Position numbers and translations under genes: made by a program. A stretch of 36,736 bases of DNA from positions 3,606-40,341 of the forward strand of contig CAZGVH010000001.1 of the NCBI GenBank assembly GCA_964528955.1, written 5' to 3'. The notes under the pieces are model-generated. The model did not search any database. It was given only the letters and a program-made list of their open reading frames with translations, and was not told where the DNA came from. How positions within the stretch are numbered: position 1 is the first letter of the stretch; every line of letters starts with the position of its first letter. Below are positions 33,229-36,736 of this stretch, in pieces. This DNA comes from an uncultured Dehalococcoidales bacterium (GTDB lineage Bacteria > Chloroflexota > Dehalococcoidia > Dehalococcoidales > UBA5627).

Positions 33229-36200
33229 TTATATGGGTATAGAAAAACTAACAGTCGTTCCTTTTCCTAATGTACTTTTTACCCATATATCGCCGCCATG
33301 TAGATTAACATATGTTTTACATATAGCCAAACCCAATCCGATACTTTCATAGCGTTCATTAGTACTTGCATAAGGACGATACGGTTCAAAAAGACTACGT
33401 AAAGTATCATCTGACATACCACAACCATTGTCTTGAATTTCAACTATAATAAAATTATCATGCCTGTGTACTTTAATTATAATAGATTGACTATATGAAG
33501 TATATTTATACGCGTTATCCAATAAATTACACATTACTCTGATAATTTTTTGTTCATCAACGAAAACGAGTGGTAAATCTGATTCGGCAATAAGTTCTAC
33601 CTTAATATTTTTTGAACTTGCAGTCGGTTTAGTTGACTCTACTACACTTTGAATAAGGTCGTAAATCGATATTATCTCTTTCTTAATATCCAGCATATTC
33701 AGCTTTCCTTTATAAATATCAAAATGTTCACTGATTCGCTGTTTTAATAATAGAGCATTATTTTGAATTTGAGTCTGTAAATCTTTTCCTGTTTTATCTT
33801 CTTGAATTTGAGATAATATATCACTGGCGGCAACTATAGAAGTCAATGGAGTTTTAAAATCATGCATCAAGGCATTTAAATAATCTGTTTGTTGTTTTAA
33901 CTGCTTCTCTAACTCAAGATTGGATTTTTCAAGTTGCTTGCTGGCATCTTCCAGTTGATTGGATTTATTAACCAACTGCCCGGTTCTTTCTACAATTTGC
34001 ATTTCAAGCTCTTGAGCCTGCAATTGTAAACTGCGTGTCCTAAGCACTATTACTGCAATCACCGCTATTATTGCTAATAATGTTGAAATTAGTATAAACC
34101 ACCATTCCTGCCAAAAGGGAGGGGAAATAGTTATTTGAAGAGAAGCCCCTTCTTCATTCCAAATATTATCTTTATTACTTGCTATTACTTTAAAAATATA
34201 TTTTCCGCTTTCTATGTTGGTATACTTTGCAAAATTATCGCTGGGTCCGCAAAACTGCCAGTTGTTATCGAATCCTTCCAGCATATAAGCATATTTATCT
34301 TCACGTTGGGTGGTATAGTCAAGTGCGACAAAATTGATTAAAAATGAGTTATCGGAATGTTTAAGATTAACTTCCTTTATTTCTTCAAGTGGTTTTTCAA
34401 ATGATATCTGGTTTCCGTTAATCAGTGAAAATCCATTTATTACTACTGGCGGAATGATATTACTGGCTATTATTTGTTTAGGATCAAATGAAATAAGCCC
34501 ATTAGTAGTACCAATGAATATAAGACCTTCTTCATTCTTGCTTATTGATTTACTGTAATAAATGTTACTTCTTAACCCATGATCAATTCCGTAAGAAATA
34601 ACATGTTTCGATTCCGGTAATAATTTACACAGTGCATATTCGGTAAAAAACCAGATATCCCCTTCACTATCACCAGTGATGCCGATTATATTATCGTCTG
34701 GCAGGCCATTCTCTTTGGTATACAATTCGTGGCTGCCAATCTCAGGCACAAAAGCAATTAACCCGTTGTTTGTGCCAAACCACAACGTTTTACTATCATC
34801 TTCATAAATACTTTCGACCTGGAGGTTTAAAAAGGCGTCCTGTTTGGAATCTTGAAAATAATGGATGAATTCACCTGTGTTCTCATCATACCTATCAAGT
34901 CCTTTATCTGTGCCTATCCAAAGGCTACCATCTTCTGATATGAAAACTACATTGATATTGTCGCTGTTGATACTGGTTAAATCCTCAGGATCATTATGAT
35001 ACTGTATAAATTTATTTTCATTATAATTAAAACTACAAAGGCCTTTATCAGTACCAATCCATAATAAATCCTCTTCTATACTATTGACAATAGAAAATAT
35101 CCAGCCATCGGTAATGCTATTTGGATTTCCTTCTTCATAAGTATAATTCATATATTCACCGGTCTCTAAGTCTATTCTCACCAGTCCAATATAATCGGTA
35201 CCCACCCATAAGGTACCAGTTTGATCGATATAAACAGCGTCGGTGATTGCATTTCTTATACTGCTGATTGAATCGTAACTCAGATAGCGTTCCACTACGT
35301 TATCCTTGTAATTGAACCAGATAATGTTTGTACTCGTTCCAAGTATGCTAATATTACCCAAGATATCGATAGCCCTGATACCAACATCCTTAATTAAATT
35401 ATTGTCATAGTACTTAAAGTATTGCTTGTCCGGATCGATATAGTATATACCTGACATTGTTCCAAACCAGAGAATTCCCCATTCATCTTCATAGATCGAC
35501 CTGGTAACGTTACTCCCGATACTGGTAGAGTCGGTTGGATTATGTGTGAAAGTGGTGAAACCCCCGATTTCTTTATTAAATACATTTAAACCATCATCTG
35601 TTCCTATCCATATCGTATTTTTACTATCTACATAGACCACTCTTATTATATCGTTGCTAATACTATTGAGATCATCTGGATCATGAATGTAGCTGTTAAA
35701 ATTTTCCGTTTCTTTATCAAAGGAGTTTAATCCATACTCGGTTCCTACCCACAATAATCCATCGTTATCCCCATATATTGACCATACAACGTTATTACTG
35801 ATACTGGCAGGATCGTTTTGATTATGAGTATAAGCCGTAAAAACTCCCGTTTCTCTGTCCAGTTTATTAAGTCCTTCATTTGTTCCGATCCAGAGTGTCC
35901 CCTGTTTATCTTCATATATAGACCTGACTATATCATTACTGATACTGGCAGGATCGTTTTGATTATGAGTATAAGCTGTAAAAACTCCTGTTTCTCTATC
36001 CAGAGTGTTCAAACCCTGCGTTGTTCCAAACCATAAAGTATTCTGGCTATCTTCAAATACCGACCAGATAATATTACTGCTTATGCTGGATGGATTTTCA
36101 GCGTCGTTGGTATAGGTAGTGACATTACCCGTCTTAATATCCACAGAATTCAGACCGTATTTTGTGCCTATCCATAATATGCCCTGGCTGTCTTTATAAA

Positions 36201-36504
36201 TTGATCTTATAGTATCATCACTAAGGCCTTCTAATTCAATTGATTCAAGTCCGCTGCTTTTATATAACCCGCCTCTAGTTCCAAACCACATATACCCATA
36301 GTCATCTTTTGATATTGAAAATACAGCATTGTCAGAAATCAATGCGCTTGAACTCAATTTACTGAAAACTATTTTTTGTTCGGATGAATCCGTACTTGCC
36401 TTGATAATGTTAATGGGTGATTGAAATATACAGCAGAATATAATTAATACACATAATATTAATCCGCATAGTCTACATGTCATCGTTTGAAATATATTAT
36501 TCAT
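33229..36504 (-). CDS. Sensor histidine kinase with a large extracytoplasmic beta-propeller/Y_Y_Y domain, copy B
   Basis: 1091 aa. Same architecture as 15032..18271. H-box HDFKTPL, N-box LLDNAYKYT, G-boxes DNGCGM and GLGLAI. Confidence 0.9.
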   Translation of the reverse strand: MNNIFQTMTCRLCGLILCVLIIFCCIFQSPINIIKASTDSSEQKIVFSKLSSSALISDNAVFSISKDDYGYMWFGTRGGLYKSSGLESIELEGLSDDTIRSIYKDSQGILWIGTKYGLNSVDIKTGNVTTYTNDAENPSSISSNIIWSVFEDSQNTLWFGTTQGLNTLDRETGVFTAYTHNQNDPASISNDIVRSIYEDKQGTLWIGTNEGLNKLDRETGVFTAYTHNQNDPASISNNVVWSIYGDNDGLLWVGTEYGLNSFDKETENFNSYIHDPDDLNSISNDIIRVVYVDSKNTIWIGTDDGLNVFNKEIGGFTTFTHNPTDSTSIGSNVTRSIYEDEWGILWFGTMSGIYYIDPDKQYFKYYDNNLIKDVGIRAIDILGNISILGTSTNIIWFNYKDNVVERYLSYDSISSIRNAITDAVYIDQTGTLWVGTDYIGLVRIDLETGEYMNYTYEEGNPNSITDGWIFSIVNSIEEDLLWIGTDKGLCSFNYNENKFIQYHNDPEDLTSINSDNINVVFISEDGSLWIGTDKGLDRYDENTGEFIHYFQDSKQDAFLNLQVESIYEDDSKTLWFGTNNGLIAFVPEIGSHELYTKENGLPDDNIIGITGDSEGDIWFFTEYALCKLLPESKHVISYGIDHGLRSNIYYSKSISKNEEGLIFIGTTNGLISFDPKQIIASNIIPPVVINGFSLINGNQISFEKPLEEIKEVNLKHSDNSFLINFVALDYTTQREDKYAYMLEGFDNNWQFCGPSDNFAKYTNIESGKYIFKVIASNKDNIWNEEGASLQITISPPFWQEWWFILISTLLAIIAVIAVIVLRTRSLQLQAQELEMQIVERTGQLVNKSNQLEDASKQLEKSNLELEKQLKQQTDYLNALMHDFKTPLTSIVAASDILSQIQEDKTGKDLQTQIQNNALLLKQRISEHFDIYKGKLNMLDIKKEIISIYDLIQSVVESTKPTASSKNIKVELIAESDLPLVFVDEQKIIRVMCNLLDNAYKYTSYSQSIIIKVHRHDNFIIVEIQDNGCGMSDDTLRSLFEPYRPYASTNERYESIGLGLAICKTYVNLHGGDIWVKSTLGKGTTVSFSIPI
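35794..36003 (-). repeat. Near-identical 69-bp intragenic repeat pair inside HK copy B
   Basis: 35794..35862 and 35935..36003 differ at 3 of 69 positions and are offset by 141 nt (47 codons, one propeller blade). Both encode ETGVFTAYTHNQNDPASISN. Confidence 0.85.
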
Positions 36505-36736
36505 TATTTTTTTATTGTATTATAAAAGCAAGGAATTTAAAAATTTGGACTATATGACTCTTCTGGAAAAATAGAACCTCTCATTATAAGTAAAAAACAA
36601 ATAGATACGTTAAAATTTGCTGGTTATATCTAATTATGTAAGAAGAAATATCATTTTTTATCGTTGAACATTTGCTTGGAATAGTATATGGAATAAGAAT
36701 GATGGCTCCGGCTACAATAGTAAAGTCTCATCGAAA

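Noticed and set aside
8324-36504. The two cassettes as a recent duplication or an assembly artefact
   Set aside because: The nucleotide sequences are not alignable beyond short motifs. The proteins differ at a large fraction of positions, and gene content differs (rubredoxin fusion, lipobox, Cys-to-His change). These are genuine old paralogues.
1-36736. CRISPR arrays, tRNA or rRNA genes, and transposases, integrases or inverted-repeat-bounded mobile elements
   Set aside because: I found no regularly spaced direct repeats, no cloverleaf-like sequences in intergenic regions and no ORF with DDE, tyrosine- or serine-recombinase motifs. The only repeats are the intragenic propeller-blade repeats and the short hairpins listed as features.
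36655-36736. Possible partial genes at the right edge: a minus-strand frame ending ...QMFNDKK-stop, and a plus-strand ATGATGGCTCCGGCT... running off the window
   Set aside because: The fragments are too short (under 30 codons) to assess and carry no motif. They cannot be supported from this window.

Overview
This 36.7-kb window has every credible gene on the minus strand. The plus-strand ORFs in the track are antisense shadows.

The low-coordinate end is GC-rich (about 55% by eye, not computed). It carries a TrpB2-type tryptophan synthase beta gene behind a tRNA-Trp T-box leader with its own promoter and terminator, then a PhzF-family gene.

At about 2.8-3.1 kb the composition drops to the mid-30s % GC beside a truncated radical-SAM remnant. 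The remaining ~33 kb looks like an accessory region.

This region is built from two diverged tandem copies of one uncharacterised cassette:
- a giant extracytoplasmic beta-propeller/Y_Y_Y sensor histidine kinase
- an OmpR-type response regulator
- a stand-alone receiver with Gly in place of the phospho-accepting Asp
- a TAT-exported molybdopterin subunit resembling pyrogallol-phloroglucinol transhydroxylase, tethered by a Thr/Val/Gly-rich linker
- a 4-cluster Fe-S subunit with a C-terminal beta-sandwich domain
- a small His-free membrane protein

Each copy is followed by a DUF4405 (cytochrome-b-like) membrane protein and a B12-type radical SAM gene.
- Copy B additionally carries two U32-family (UbiU/UbiV/TrhP-like) paralogues, an aldo/keto reductase and a NuoE/NuoF/NuoG-N-terminal-like electron-input trio.
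- Copy A additionally carries a lipoprotein DUF2202-rubredoxin fusion. Downstream of it is a B12-rSAM with a C-terminal PqqD-like (RiPP recognition) domain, overlapping an NlpC/P60 surface protein gene.

I saw no rRNA, tRNA, CRISPR array, transposase or integrase. All functional calls rest on motif recognition and remembered family features, not on searches.
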